From assembly GCA_039649225.1 (NCBI GenBank), contig JBBWZU010000651.1, positions 1 to 50,828 of the forward strand: DNA of 50,828 nt. The letters are read 5' to 3'. This stretch comes from Hyphomicrobiales bacterium. GTDB lineage: Bacteria; Pseudomonadota; Alphaproteobacteria; Rhizobiales; Xanthobacteraceae. A model generated the notes under the pieces. The model ran no database searches. It saw only the letters and a program-made list of their open reading frames with translations, and was not told the DNA's origin. Of the stretch, positions 30,107 through 39,112 are shown one piece after another; within the stretch, counting starts at the first letter, position 1; every line of letters begins with the position of its first letter. A program made the position numbers and the translations under genes.

Positions 30107-31823
30107 GGTTCACCTCATCGCTCCAAGCGGTCAGGGTGAAACGGAAAATCGCGCCGCCATCCGGATTGCCTTCCACGTGGATTTTTCCGCCATGCGCTTC
30201 GATGATCGAGCGGGATATGGAAAGTCCAAGCCCCATTCCCTTGCGCTTGCCGGTTACGAATGGCTCGAACAGGTGCTCAGCGATATGCTTTTCGAGCCCC
30301 GCTCCGCTATCCGCGATGGAGATTTCAACAATCTCCGCGTCGAGCAACGCCGTGGTCACTATGATCTCGCGGCGCGGCGTGCCCACCATCGCCTCCAGGG
30401 CGTTGTGAATCACGTTGACGATCACCTGCTGAACCTGGATTCGATTGGCGAACGCACTGACGGCTCCCGGTTCGAATTGGAATTGCAGGTCGACGCCAAG
30501 TGAATTCGAGCCCGTCAGCGCAAGCGCACACGCTTCCTCGATCAGCGGTTTTAGTTTCTCAATGCGCTTCTCGGTTTTGCCGCGGGTGATGAATTCACGC
30601 AGCCGTCGGATCACCTGTCCGCCGCGAAGCGCCTGGCCTGCAGCCTCGTTCAGTATCTCCGGTACTTTGGCCATCTTGTCATTTGCGCCGCTCGCCAGAA
30701 GGCGGCGTGCCGCGTGCACCGAATTGGCGATCGCGGCCAGAGGCTGATTCAGCTCGTGGGCGAGCGCACCTGCCAAATGTCCGGCGGCGGTGAGACGCGT
30801 TGCGTGCCACAATTCCAGCTGTGCCTCCTGCAGCCGGGCATCGGTACGCGCGCTCTCTGCCATTTCGGTAACCAGTCTGCCATTGGCGCGTGCGAGCTCG
30901 ATTGTTCGTTCGGATACCCGTTGCTCAAGCGACTGGTTGAGGCGACGCAACTCGGCCTCTGCGGCCTTTTGACTTGTCAAATCGCGGGCGACGGTCGCCA
31001 TGTTCATCGGCTTCCCCGTACGTGGTTGGTCGATGCGAAACCAATCGACGAGAAATGGTATCGCCGCGCCGGTGTTGAAATGACGAAAGCCGACTTCGCC
31101 GACCCAGCGTCCGGATTGCAGTACGACGGGCAGAATCTCCTCGCGCGCCCGAAGACGGTCATCGGGGGCGATAAAATCGAAAATATTCAACCGGGCAGCC
31201 GCCTCGATGGAATCAAGGCCGAGGAGCGTCAGTCCCGTCGGATTGAGGTATTGGAGATGCCCTTCGATGCCAGCGACCCCGACGAAATCGGAGGAACGTT
31301 CGATCAGCGTGGTGAAGCGCCGCGCTTCCACCTCGACGCGCCAGCGCCGCAGCGCGATAGTCGCGTCGTTTGCGCCGATTCCGAGCAGCAGACGTTGTGC
31401 CTCGGATGGAAAATCATGCTGGCTCGCCCCACCAACGACTATCGCATCGCCGCCGAGCCCGATTGGGGCGACCGCAATGCGCATCGTTCCAGCACCGACC
31501 GGATTGGGAATCGACAAAGTTTGCTCGGTTGCGGGCCGCGGGAGTGCTTCGTGCAGAGCTGCCCGAATGGTCTCAGGCGCGTTCTTCTTCAATCCGTTTC
31601 CCACATGGGTGATTTCAATGTTCGGTTCGGCATGCGAACCAGGAAGTGCGACATAGATAAAATCTACCCCGAGCATGGTAATCAGCGCCGCTGCCACGCT
31701 TTCGGCGATCTGCGGTGGATCGAAATCTTTCCACATGGCCGGTAGCGCCGAAAGCGTCATCAGATCGCGGATATAACGCCGAAGCTCCTGTGGGTCGGAA
31801 AAAAACTGTTCTACCGATGGCAT
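30096..31823 (-). CDS. Cytoplasmic sensor histidine kinase (N-terminal sensory region, PAS, HisKA, HATPase; FixL-family architecture)
   Basis: H-box AHELNQPL, ATPase N/G boxes (VIHNALEAM, DSGAG, GMGLGLSISRSI), a PAS-like segment, and no TM helices. Confidence 0.85.
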   Translation of the reverse strand: MPSVEQFFSDPQELRRYIRDLMTLSALPAMWKDFDPPQIAESVAAALITMLGVDFIYVALPGSHAEPNIEITHVGNGLKKNAPETIRAALHEALPRPATEQTLSIPNPVGAGTMRIAVAPIGLGGDAIVVGGASQHDFPSEAQRLLLGIGANDATIALRRWRVEVEARRFTTLIERSSDFVGVAGIEGHLQYLNPTGLTLLGLDSIEAAARLNIFDFIAPDDRLRAREEILPVVLQSGRWVGEVGFRHFNTGAAIPFLVDWFRIDQPRTGKPMNMATVARDLTSQKAAEAELRRLNQSLEQRVSERTIELARANGRLVTEMAESARTDARLQEAQLELWHATRLTAAGHLAGALAHELNQPLAAIANSVHAARRLLASGANDKMAKVPEILNEAAGQALRGGQVIRRLREFITRGKTEKRIEKLKPLIEEACALALTGSNSLGVDLQFQFEPGAVSAFANRIQVQQVIVNVIHNALEAMVGTPRREIIVTTALLDAEIVEISIADSGAGLEKHIAEHLFEPFVTGKRKGMGLGLSISRSIIEAHGGKIHVEGNPDGGAIFRFTLTAWSDEVNRAD

Positions 31824-31858
31824 AGCGGCTGGCCCGATCGGCGCCGGTTTGTCGCTGA

Positions 31859-32185
31859 TCAGTGCGTCCGCGCACCTCGACCACTTAGCTCACGCAGAAA
31901 TTCGTCGGGCGCATTTTCCCAGGGCCGCACTTCGAGCCGGCCACCTTGTTCGATACTTCCGCTGCCCAGGCCGGTATCTTCCAACCGCCGAAGCTGTTCG
32001 GCCCGCTGATGCTTATCGAGAATGTAGACGGCCCGGTCGGCCGAATCGATGCCTTGCTTCATGAAGGGCAGCATCAGGCTGTCCTCGTCATCGCGGCTAT
32101 CGAAGAACGCCCAGACATGGCAATGGCAATTCACCATCGCTCGCGCCCGATTTGCAATTCTGCTTTGCTCGACATGTTCTGCCAT
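31859..32185 (-). CDS. Short MEDS-like sensory-domain protein (tentative)
   Basis: 108 aa. HVWAFFDSRDDEDSLMLPFMKQGIDSADRAVYILDKHQRAEQLRRLEDTG resembles the N-terminal half of MEDS domains (H..FY...E....F...G...G.....). Sits directly upstream of the kinase. Confidence 0.4.
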   Translation of the reverse strand: MAEHVEQSRIANRARAMVNCHCHVWAFFDSRDDEDSLMLPFMKQGIDSADRAVYILDKHQRAEQLRRLEDTGLGSGSIEQGGRLEVRPWENAPDEFLRELSGRGARTH

Positions 32186-32261
32186 TGGTTACCCCATGCG
32201 GTTAAACGTGGAGCGGTGGCGCTGTTCGTTTTAATTTGTCGGGCCGCGGTGCCTTTCAGGC

Positions 32262-32275
32262 TTGAAACAGCTCAA
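32262..32275. promoter_or_regulatory. FixK/FNR-type box TTGA-N6-TCAA (ttgaaacagctcaa)
   Basis: Perfect half-sites, centred about 84 bp upstream of ATG 32185, the head of the MEDS-kinase-regulator string. Confidence 0.6.
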
Positions 32276-32460
32276 ACCGCTGTAGCGCTGGTGGGAATTC
32301 AGAGCAGGCGTAATTGAACACCTCTCTCCTCCGGTTGACAACGACAAAGCAGAAACGCTGATTTGGCGGAGCAGGCGAGAGCGTAAAAAATTACTCAAAA
32401 TATACGATATTGCCGGTAGTTCTGACATTTAATTCAATTATTGCTTGTAAATCCACGAAT

Positions 32461-32655
32461 TCATTTCGGAGCGCCGACGCGCGTCACGACCGTCCAGCTG
32501 GGCGGATCGCTCGCCGGAAAGCTTTCCAACAGACTTTCGTCGACCTTGTCATCGGCGGATACGGTAGCATCTTGCTCAGCAGGCCGACGCCGCGCCCGGG
32601 CAGGGCGCGCGGTGCACGCTTTGGTTGTACAATTGGCCGCGTGTGCTTTCGTCAC
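32461..32655 (-). CDS. Small conserved protein with an FPASDPP motif
   Basis: 64 aa ending ...DDKVDESLLESFPASDPPSWTVVTRVGAPK. I recognise the FPASDPP motif from small alphaproteobacterial stress-cluster proteins. The GTG start is 7 nt after the hdeD stop and has no clear SD. Confidence 0.45.
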   Translation of the reverse strand: MTKAHAANCTTKACTARPARARRRPAEQDATVSADDKVDESLLESFPASDPPSWTVVTRVGAPK

Positions 32656-32662
32656 GTTGCTG

Positions 32663-33286
32663 TCACATTGCTGTCTGCGTAGCGCCGACCGAGGGATGCC
32701 GATTGCGCTGCGAGCGCAGCCGGAACGCGGCGACCAGCAGGAAGGCGCCGAATACGAGGGCCCAGGCTCCGATCCACCACGTCAGAACCACAGCACCGAT
32801 CAACGGCGCCGCGATCAGAAGAACGCCGAAAATGAGCGAAGCGGCGCCGCCGAGAGCGAACCACCAGCGCCCCTGGTCGATGCGGAAGGCGGCCGCGAGC
32901 TGCAGGCAGCCGGAGACGATGGTCCAGGCCGCGAGCAAAAGGACAAATGCAAGGACGGTCAGCCCGGGCCAGAGGAATGCGAGCGCACCCGCCGCGATAT
33001 TCGCCAGGCCTTGAAACACCAGCAAGCCCCATCTTTTTCTCTGACGCCCGGCCTGATACGCGGCATAGAGAGCAAACACGCCATCCACCAGCATGTAGGC
33101 GGAGAATAATATGACGAGCGCGAGGATCGTGGCGACCGGCACGACGAGCGCAATGATTCCGAACGCGATGCCGAGCACGCCGCGCAGCGCGATCAACCAC
33201 CAGTATTGACCCAGAATGGTCTTCATGTCGTTCGAGCCTGCAGCGCCGGAAGTGGACGAATTACTGTTCATCGCGGCTGTGCTCAT
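32663..33286 (-). CDS. hdeD: HdeD-family (DUF308) acid-resistance membrane protein
   Basis: ATG 33286 has AAGGAG upstream. Six TM helices with the repeated W..L.G...I..G pattern. Confidence 0.8.
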   Translation of the reverse strand: MSTAAMNSNSSTSGAAGSNDMKTILGQYWWLIALRGVLGIAFGIIALVVPVATILALVILFSAYMLVDGVFALYAAYQAGRQRKRWGLLVFQGLANIAAGALAFLWPGLTVLAFVLLLAAWTIVSGCLQLAAAFRIDQGRWWFALGGAASLIFGVLLIAAPLIGAVVLTWWIGAWALVFGAFLLVAAFRLRSQRNRHPSVGATQTAM

Positions 33287-33356
33287 GGGACACTCCTTTG
33301 GGACGCTCCTTCGCCTGTGGCATGCGCTATGCTGGCCCGAGGCGCTTCTGGCCGCG

Positions 33357-33370
33357 TTGACAGACGTCAA
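33357..33370. promoter_or_regulatory. FixK/FNR-type box TTGA-N6-TCAA (ttgacagacgtcaa)
   Basis: Perfect half-sites, centred about 78 bp upstream of hdeD ATG 33286. Confidence 0.65.
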
Positions 33371-33430
33371 TATCCCGAATGAATTGGGCGCCGGATTTGT
33401 CCCGGCGTACGAACAGTAGATGACAGATAG

Positions 33431-34444
33431 CTATCGTATCGGCCTTGCAGACAGATGAGGTCCCTCGGGCGCGTCATTGCGTTTGGCGGGTTTTTCCTCC
33501 AGCCACTGGCGATGATGCTCCCTCGCCCAGTTGAGATCGACCTCGCCGGTCCACATCGCTTCGAACGCGTCTTCCATGCCGATCGTGCCGATGTAGATGT
33601 GCCCGAGGATCAGCGCGATGAACAGCATGGCGATAACGCCGTGCATCACTTGAGCGATCTGCATCCCGGCGATGTTCGTCAGATAGAACGGGAACAGCAG
33701 CAGCAGGCCCGAGGCCGCGATAGCGGCGCCGGCCGCGAGCGCAAGCCAGAACACGAGTTTCTCGCCCGCGTTGAAGCGGCGCGCCGGCGGATGCCTGCGC
33801 TTGATGAAGCCGCCGCCTTGCCGCAGCCATTCCCAATCGATCGGCTCGAACACATTGTCCTTGAGCCAGAGCGCCGCCATCAGGGCGATGCCGAACATGA
33901 ATGGAAAAGCCATGAAGTCGTGCAGGTATTTTGCGGCTTCCGAGAAGCGGCTGAACCCGTCCGGGCCCATCAGTGGCAGCAGCAGTTTCTTGCCGAATGT
34001 TACATTCAGGCCGGTGAGACCAAGGATGACAAAGGAGATCGCAGTGGTCCAGTGCACGAAGCGTTCGAACGGGCTGAAACGCGGCACCTTGCGGCCGGAG
34101 CGGCCGGACTCAAGGCGGATCGGGCCGAGGATCAGATAGGCCGCCGCGAGGGCCACGACCGTCATCAGAATAATGATCGCTCCGAACCAGCGCAGAACGA
34201 CTTCGTGAAAATAGCGCCACGTGCGTCCTTCCGGCTGGATCAGGACACGCTCCCTCCTGTCCGGAATCGTGATCTGCCCCTCGATGCGCGGCACCTCGCG
34301 CAAGAGCTGATCCTCCTTGACCGAACTCGCGGTCGGATTGACCAGCACATCCTGTTGCGCGTTGACCGGTGTGGCCAGCGTGACAAGCCCGGCGATCGCG
34401 AAGGCCGCTATGATGAAGCGCATCGCTAAAAACATTCCGCTCAT
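33431..34444 (-). CDS. Formate dehydrogenase gamma subunit (cytochrome b, FdnI-like) with an N-terminal periplasmic extension
   Basis: Signal peptide, then four TM helices with conserved His (ERFVHWT, KYLHDF, QVMHGV, LGHIYIG). Last gene of the FDH string. Confidence 0.8.
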   Translation of the reverse strand: MSGMFLAMRFIIAAFAIAGLVTLATPVNAQQDVLVNPTASSVKEDQLLREVPRIEGQITIPDRRERVLIQPEGRTWRYFHEVVLRWFGAIIILMTVVALAAAYLILGPIRLESGRSGRKVPRFSPFERFVHWTTAISFVILGLTGLNVTFGKKLLLPLMGPDGFSRFSEAAKYLHDFMAFPFMFGIALMAALWLKDNVFEPIDWEWLRQGGGFIKRRHPPARRFNAGEKLVFWLALAAGAAIAASGLLLLFPFYLTNIAGMQIAQVMHGVIAMLFIALILGHIYIGTIGMEDAFEAMWTGEVDLNWAREHHRQWLEEKPAKRNDAPEGPHLSARPIR

Positions 34445-34479
34445 GATTTATTCTCCGACGATGCGAATGTCCGGATCAA

Positions 34480-35076
34480 TCATGTCACCAGGCGTTCGCG
34501 ATACGCGGTTTGCCAGCCCCACGCGCCGGCGCCGTAGCCGCGCTTGGTCACGCGCTCGCGGTAGATCTGCGCGATGATCTCGCCGTCGCCCGCGAGCAGC
34601 GACTTGGTCGAGCACATTTCGGCGCACAGCGGCAGCTTGCCTTGCGCCAAGCGGTTGGCGCCGTATTTGTCGAACTCCGCGATGCTGCCATCGGGCTCCG
34701 GTCCGCCCGCGCAGAACGTGCACTTGTCCATCTTGCCGCGCGAACCGAAATTGCCGACCTTGGGATATTGCGGCGCGCCGAACGGGCAGGCGTAGAAACA
34801 ATAGCCGCAGCCGATGCACAGCTCCTTGGAATGCAAAACCACGGCATCGGCCGTGGTGTAGAAGCAGTCCACCGGGCACACCGCCTGACACGGCGCGTCG
34901 GTGCAATGCATGCAAGCCATCGAGACCGAGCGCTCGCCCGGCCTGCCGTCATTGACGGTGACGACGCGCCGGCGGTTGATGCCCCACGGCACCTCGTTCT
35001 CGTTCTTGCAGGCGGTGACGCAGGCGTTGCATTCGATGCAGCGATCGGCGTCGCAGAGAAATTTCATGCGGGCCAT
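34480..35076 (-). CDS. Formate dehydrogenase iron-sulfur (beta) subunit
   Basis: Multiple 4Fe-4S ferredoxin motifs (CIECNACVTAC, CMHCTDAPC, CIGCGYCFYAC, CTFC). Confidence 0.85.
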   Translation of the reverse strand: MARMKFLCDADRCIECNACVTACKNENEVPWGINRRRVVTVNDGRPGERSVSMACMHCTDAPCQAVCPVDCFYTTADAVVLHSKELCIGCGYCFYACPFGAPQYPKVGNFGSRGKMDKCTFCAGGPEPDGSIAEFDKYGANRLAQGKLPLCAEMCSTKSLLAGDGEIIAQIYRERVTKRGYGAGAWGWQTAYRERLVT

Positions 35077-35088
35077 GGTCGTTGTTCT

Positions 35089-38007
35089 CTAAGCCGCGAT
35101 GATCTGGCAAAGCGTCGCTTTTGGTTCCTGCATGCCGGTTGCCGGGTCATAGCCGTAGGTGGTGATCGTGTTGTTGCTCTCGCCGAGCACGATCGGGTCC
35201 GCGCCCTTGGGATATTTCCAGCGCTGATCGACGGCCTGGAACCAGCCGGCGAAATGATAGGGCATCCAGACGACACCCTTGCCCATGCGCTCGGTCACCT
35301 GCGCTTTCATGCGGGTGTATCGGCCGGGCTCCATTTCGGCGCCCCACACGTGAACCCAGCCGCCGTCCTTGATGCCGCGTTCGCCGGCGTCGGCGGGATT
35401 GATCTCGACGAACATGTCCTGCTGCAGTTCGGCAAGCCATCTGTTCGCGCGCGTCTCCTCGCCGCCGCCTTCGTACTCGACGAGACGACCGGAGGTAAGA
35501 ATAAGCGGAAACTGTTTCGCGATACCCTTTTCGACGCCTGTTTTCTGCACGTCGAAACCGACATTCGGCACCCGGAACTGGATGGCGTTCGGCAAAGTCG
35601 GATATTTGGCGACGAGGTCTGGGCGCGGTGTGTAGATCGGTTCGCGATGCACCGGGATCGGGTCCGGCAGATTCCACGCGTTCGCGCGTGCCTTGCCGTT
35701 GCCGTAGTGAATGACGCCATGGTGGAGGCACACGCGCTGGATACCGCCCGACAGGTCGGTCGCCCATGACACGCTGTCGGGCTGGTTGCCGCCGACGCGC
35801 TGGATGACCTCGCGCTCGGCGTCGGAGAGATCCTTATCCCAGCCAAGTTTCTTGAGCACACCGAGCGTGAACTCGGGATATCCGTCCTTGATTTCCGAGC
35901 CGAGTGAATACGAACCTTCGGCGAGCAGGGTCTCGCCGTTGCGCTCCACGCCGAAGCGGGCGCGGAACGTGCCGCCGCCATCCTTGACGTGCAGGTTGGT
36001 GTTGTAGAGCGTGTGCGTGCCGGGATGGCGAAGCTCGGGCGTTCCCCAGCACGGCCATGGCAGGCCGTAATAGTCGCCTTTGCACGGCCCGTCTGTTGCC
36101 CGCAAGCTGATGATATCGAAATCTTTCTGATTGTCGCGGTGAAGCTTGAGCCGCTCGGGCGACTGGCCAGTGTATCCGGTCGACCATCCGCCGCGATTGA
36201 TCTCGCGTAAAATGTCCTCGGCCAGCGGGACGTTGTCCTCGACCTTGATGTTCTTGAACATCCGGTCGGCAAAGCCGAGCTTCATCGCCAGCCGGTACAT
36301 GATTTCAAAATCGTCCTTGGCTTCGAAAATCGGAGGGACGACCCGCTCGTACCATTGCAGCGAGCGGTTCGAAGCGGTGCGGCAGCCTTTGGCCTCGAAC
36401 TGCGTGCCGCACGGCAGCAGGTACGTGCCGTTCTTGCGCTCGGAGACAACCGCCCAGGCGGTCGGAACTGTGTCGACCACGACCAGCAGGTCGATGGTCT
36501 CGAGCGCCTTGGCGGCCTGCGGCATGCGCGTGATGGTGTTGACGCCATGGCCGAACACCATCATGGCGCGCAGGTTGTCTTTCTGCGCAACGTGCTCCTT
36601 CGGCAGCGTCGCGGCATCGAACCAGCGGGTTGACGGGATGCCCGGCGTCTCCATCATCGTCTTGGTTTCGAAGCGCGACGTTATCCAGTCGTAGTCGACC
36701 TCCCAGACACGGCACCAATGTTTCCAGGCGCTGTCGGTCAGGCCGTAATAGAGCGGCAGCGTCACCACATCGAGGCCGAGATCGGTCGCGCCCTGCACGT
36801 TGCAGTGTCCGCGGAAAATATTGGCGCCGTTGCCGAAGTTTCCAACATTGCCGGTGGCGAGCAGCAGGATGCAGCTTGCGCGCACGTTCGCGGTACCGAC
36901 CGTGTACTGGGTCTGGCCCATCGCCCAGATCAGCGTTGCCGGCTTGTCATGCGCGAACATCTCGGCGACGCGCCGCACCTGCAGCTCGGAGAGGCCGGTG
37001 ACGCGCTGCACTTCGTCCGGCGTCCATTTCTCGACCTCCTTGCGCACATCGTCCATGCCGTAAACGCGCTGCTGGATGAACTCCTTGTCTTCCCAGCCGT
37101 TCTTGAAGATGTGCCAGAGCATTCCGTAGATCGTCGGAATGTGCGTCCCAGGGCGCACGCGCATGTAGGCGGTCGCATGCGCGGCGGTGCGCGTCATGCG
37201 CGGATCGATGACAATGAAATTGGCCCGATTGAGCTCCTTGCCCTCCAGCAGATGCTGCATCGCCACCGGATGCGCCTCGGCCGGATTGCCGCCCATGATC
37301 ACCTGGGTCTTCGCGTTGCGGATGTCGTTGTAGCTGTTGGTCATCGCGCCGTAGCCCCAGGTATTGGCGACGCCGGTGACGGTGGTCGAATGGCAGATAC
37401 GCGCCTGATGATCGGAATTGTTCGTGCCCCAGAAGGCGGCGAGCTTGCGGTTCAGATAGGCGCCTTCGTTGGAGAACTTCGCCGAGCCGAGCCAGTAGAC
37501 CGAATCCGGTCCGGACTTTTCCCGAATCTCCATAAGTTTGTTGCCGATCTCGTCGATCGCCATGTCCCAGGTGACGCGCTTCCACAACCCGTCGACCAGT
37601 TTCATCGGATAGCGCAGGCGGCGGTCGCCATGCACAAGCTCGCGCACCGATGCGCCCTTGGCGCAATGCGAGCCGCGATTGATCGGCGAGTCGAAGGCCG
37701 GTTCCTGGCCGATCCAGACGCCATTCGACACTTCAGCGATGACCGTGCAACCGACCGAGCAATGCGTGCAGATCGCCTTGACACTGGTGACCGTGGCGCC
37801 CGGAGATGGCGGCGGGCCGGCCTTCGCCTTGCGCACCATAGCGATCGGAAGAGAGCCTAACGCCGCAAGGCCACCTGCGGTCAAGCCGGAGCGGCGCAGG
37901 AACGCTCGCCGATCAAGGCCGCTATTCGCGATGTCGTTTGCGTTGCCCGCTGTCGTGCTGGCCGGCGGCGCGCGGACCACGCTCTGGTCCCGGCGTTTGA
38001 TCAACAC
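35089..38007 (-). CDS. Formate dehydrogenase-N-type catalytic (alpha) subunit, Tat-exported, cysteine variant
   Basis: Tat motif LDRRAFLRRSG and N-terminal cluster CTHCSVGC. ARICHSTTV has Cys where E. coli FdnG has selenocysteine, and there is no in-frame TGA. The start is uncertain: GTG 38007 (MLIKRR...) is preferred over GTG 38112. Confidence 0.85.
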   Translation of the reverse strand: MLIKRRDQSVVRAPPASTTAGNANDIANSGLDRRAFLRRSGLTAGGLAALGSLPIAMVRKAKAGPPPSPGATVTSVKAICTHCSVGCTVIAEVSNGVWIGQEPAFDSPINRGSHCAKGASVRELVHGDRRLRYPMKLVDGLWKRVTWDMAIDEIGNKLMEIREKSGPDSVYWLGSAKFSNEGAYLNRKLAAFWGTNNSDHQARICHSTTVTGVANTWGYGAMTNSYNDIRNAKTQVIMGGNPAEAHPVAMQHLLEGKELNRANFIVIDPRMTRTAAHATAYMRVRPGTHIPTIYGMLWHIFKNGWEDKEFIQQRVYGMDDVRKEVEKWTPDEVQRVTGLSELQVRRVAEMFAHDKPATLIWAMGQTQYTVGTANVRASCILLLATGNVGNFGNGANIFRGHCNVQGATDLGLDVVTLPLYYGLTDSAWKHWCRVWEVDYDWITSRFETKTMMETPGIPSTRWFDAATLPKEHVAQKDNLRAMMVFGHGVNTITRMPQAAKALETIDLLVVVDTVPTAWAVVSERKNGTYLLPCGTQFEAKGCRTASNRSLQWYERVVPPIFEAKDDFEIMYRLAMKLGFADRMFKNIKVEDNVPLAEDILREINRGGWSTGYTGQSPERLKLHRDNQKDFDIISLRATDGPCKGDYYGLPWPCWGTPELRHPGTHTLYNTNLHVKDGGGTFRARFGVERNGETLLAEGSYSLGSEIKDGYPEFTLGVLKKLGWDKDLSDAEREVIQRVGGNQPDSVSWATDLSGGIQRVCLHHGVIHYGNGKARANAWNLPDPIPVHREPIYTPRPDLVAKYPTLPNAIQFRVPNVGFDVQKTGVEKGIAKQFPLILTSGRLVEYEGGGEETRANRWLAELQQDMFVEINPADAGERGIKDGGWVHVWGAEMEPGRYTRMKAQVTERMGKGVVWMPYHFAGWFQAVDQRWKYPKGADPIVLGESNNTITTYGYDPATGMQEPKATLCQIIAA

Positions 38008-38281
38008 GGCGGCTCTCGCAGGCGGCAGACCGCGTAATAGCTGTTGACGTGCTCGCTGTCCCGGTAGCCGGCCGTAGAGCACCCGTTCTCGGGTTCGGCG
38101 CCGACGCCGCACGTTGCCGGCGCGCCGCCGCCCGCGGCGCTGGTCATCCCACCCGCCAGAACCGTGAGGGCCGCGCGGCGCGTAACAACGGTTCTGTATT
38201 GCCTCAAGGCATCCACGACGCGGCCCTCGATCGGCGGACGCACTCCGCAGGTTTTCCTACGACCGCTGCGCATTTGCCGCG

Positions 38282-38295
38282 TTGATGGGCGTCAA
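38282..38295. promoter_or_regulatory. FixK/FNR-type box TTGA-N6-TCAA (ttgatgggcgtcaa)
   Basis: Perfect half-sites in the divergent region between the FDH operon and the SRPBCC gene. This is the first of two boxes 34 bp apart. Confidence 0.6.
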
Positions 38296-38315
38296 CATTG
38301 GAGGGCGCGCGCGCC

Positions 38316-38329
38316 TTGACATCCGTCAA
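38316..38329. promoter_or_regulatory. FixK/FNR-type box TTGA-N6-TCAA (ttgacatccgtcaa)
   Basis: Perfect half-sites, centred about 98 bp upstream of GTG 38420. Confidence 0.6.
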
Positions 38330-38419
38330 GGCGGTGGCGGTTGGGCGGACCTATCTGGCAAGACGGCGATGCACCCTCCGTCGGGGCAATGCGCCTTCGA
38401 ATGGCTCGAGGAGAGGTCC

Positions 38420-38899
38420 GTGCAGATCAGTGTATCGAGGAACAGCGCCGCGCGTGCGTCGGACGCTTTCGCGGTCGTGGCCGACATCGCGAGCTGGCCC
38501 GGGATAATCACCTCGATCGAGGACGTCGCGCTACTCGATCCTGGTCCTCTTCGCGCCGGCACGCGATTGCGCATTCGACGCATCGTGTTTGGTCACGCGA
38601 CCGCTGAGGAGCTGGAGATCGTCGAGATCGAACGGCCGCGTCGTCTGCGGCTTGCCGGCCAAAGCCGTGACCTTCACTACGAGCGGGATCACATCATCGA
38701 CGCGATGCAGGGTGGTTCGCGGTTAACGCTGATCTTCCGCCCCAGGCCGAGCGATCAAGTCAGCCGCGCGGCGCTGCCGTTCATGACGCCCTTCATGGAG
38801 GTAAACCTGCGCGATGAGCTGGAGCAGGACCTGGTCGATCTGGCGGCGGCCATCGCGGCAAAATCTTCCGAGACATTCAGCAACGTCAGACGCGTTTGA
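38420..38899 (+). CDS. SRPBCC (START/polyketide-cyclase-like) family protein
   Basis: GTG 38420 is preceded by GAGGAGAGG. VQISVSRNSAARASDAFAVVADIASWP... is a typical SRPBCC N-terminus. Confidence 0.65.
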   Translation: MQISVSRNSAARASDAFAVVADIASWPGIITSIEDVALLDPGPLRAGTRLRIRRIVFGHATAEELEIVEIERPRRLRLAGQSRDLHYERDHIIDAMQGGSRLTLIFRPRPSDQVSRAALPFMTPFMEVNLRDELEQDLVDLAAAIAAKSSETFSNVRRV

Positions 38900-39112
38900 T
38901 CATTGGCAGGATATAGGATTGAAAATCCTACTAGAAGAGATATCATAATATGCAATCAATGGTTCGGTTTGGCAGAACGAACCCATTCGTACCGAAGCAA
39001 GTCCCGGTGGGATTGATGTTGATTCAATCTTGCTGGGACACGCTTTCCTCCTCGGGCTCCCATTGCGTTGCGGCGCTCGTTGCATGTTTCGCGCGCAGGG
39101 TCGCCGTACACC

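Noticed and set aside
32203-32226. Possible EcfG-type general-stress promoter (cGAAC-N15-CGTT on the minus strand) upstream of 31859-32185
   Set aside because: The -35 has a mismatch and the spacer is one nucleotide short. The -10 would lie only about 18 nt from the start codon. It is a single weak occurrence with no other copies noticed.
35089-38112. Selenocysteine recoding in the formate dehydrogenase alpha subunit
   Set aside because: The ORF is uninterrupted, and the position equivalent to Sec in E. coli FdnG is a TGC Cys codon (ARICHSTTV). No in-frame TGA or SECIS is needed.
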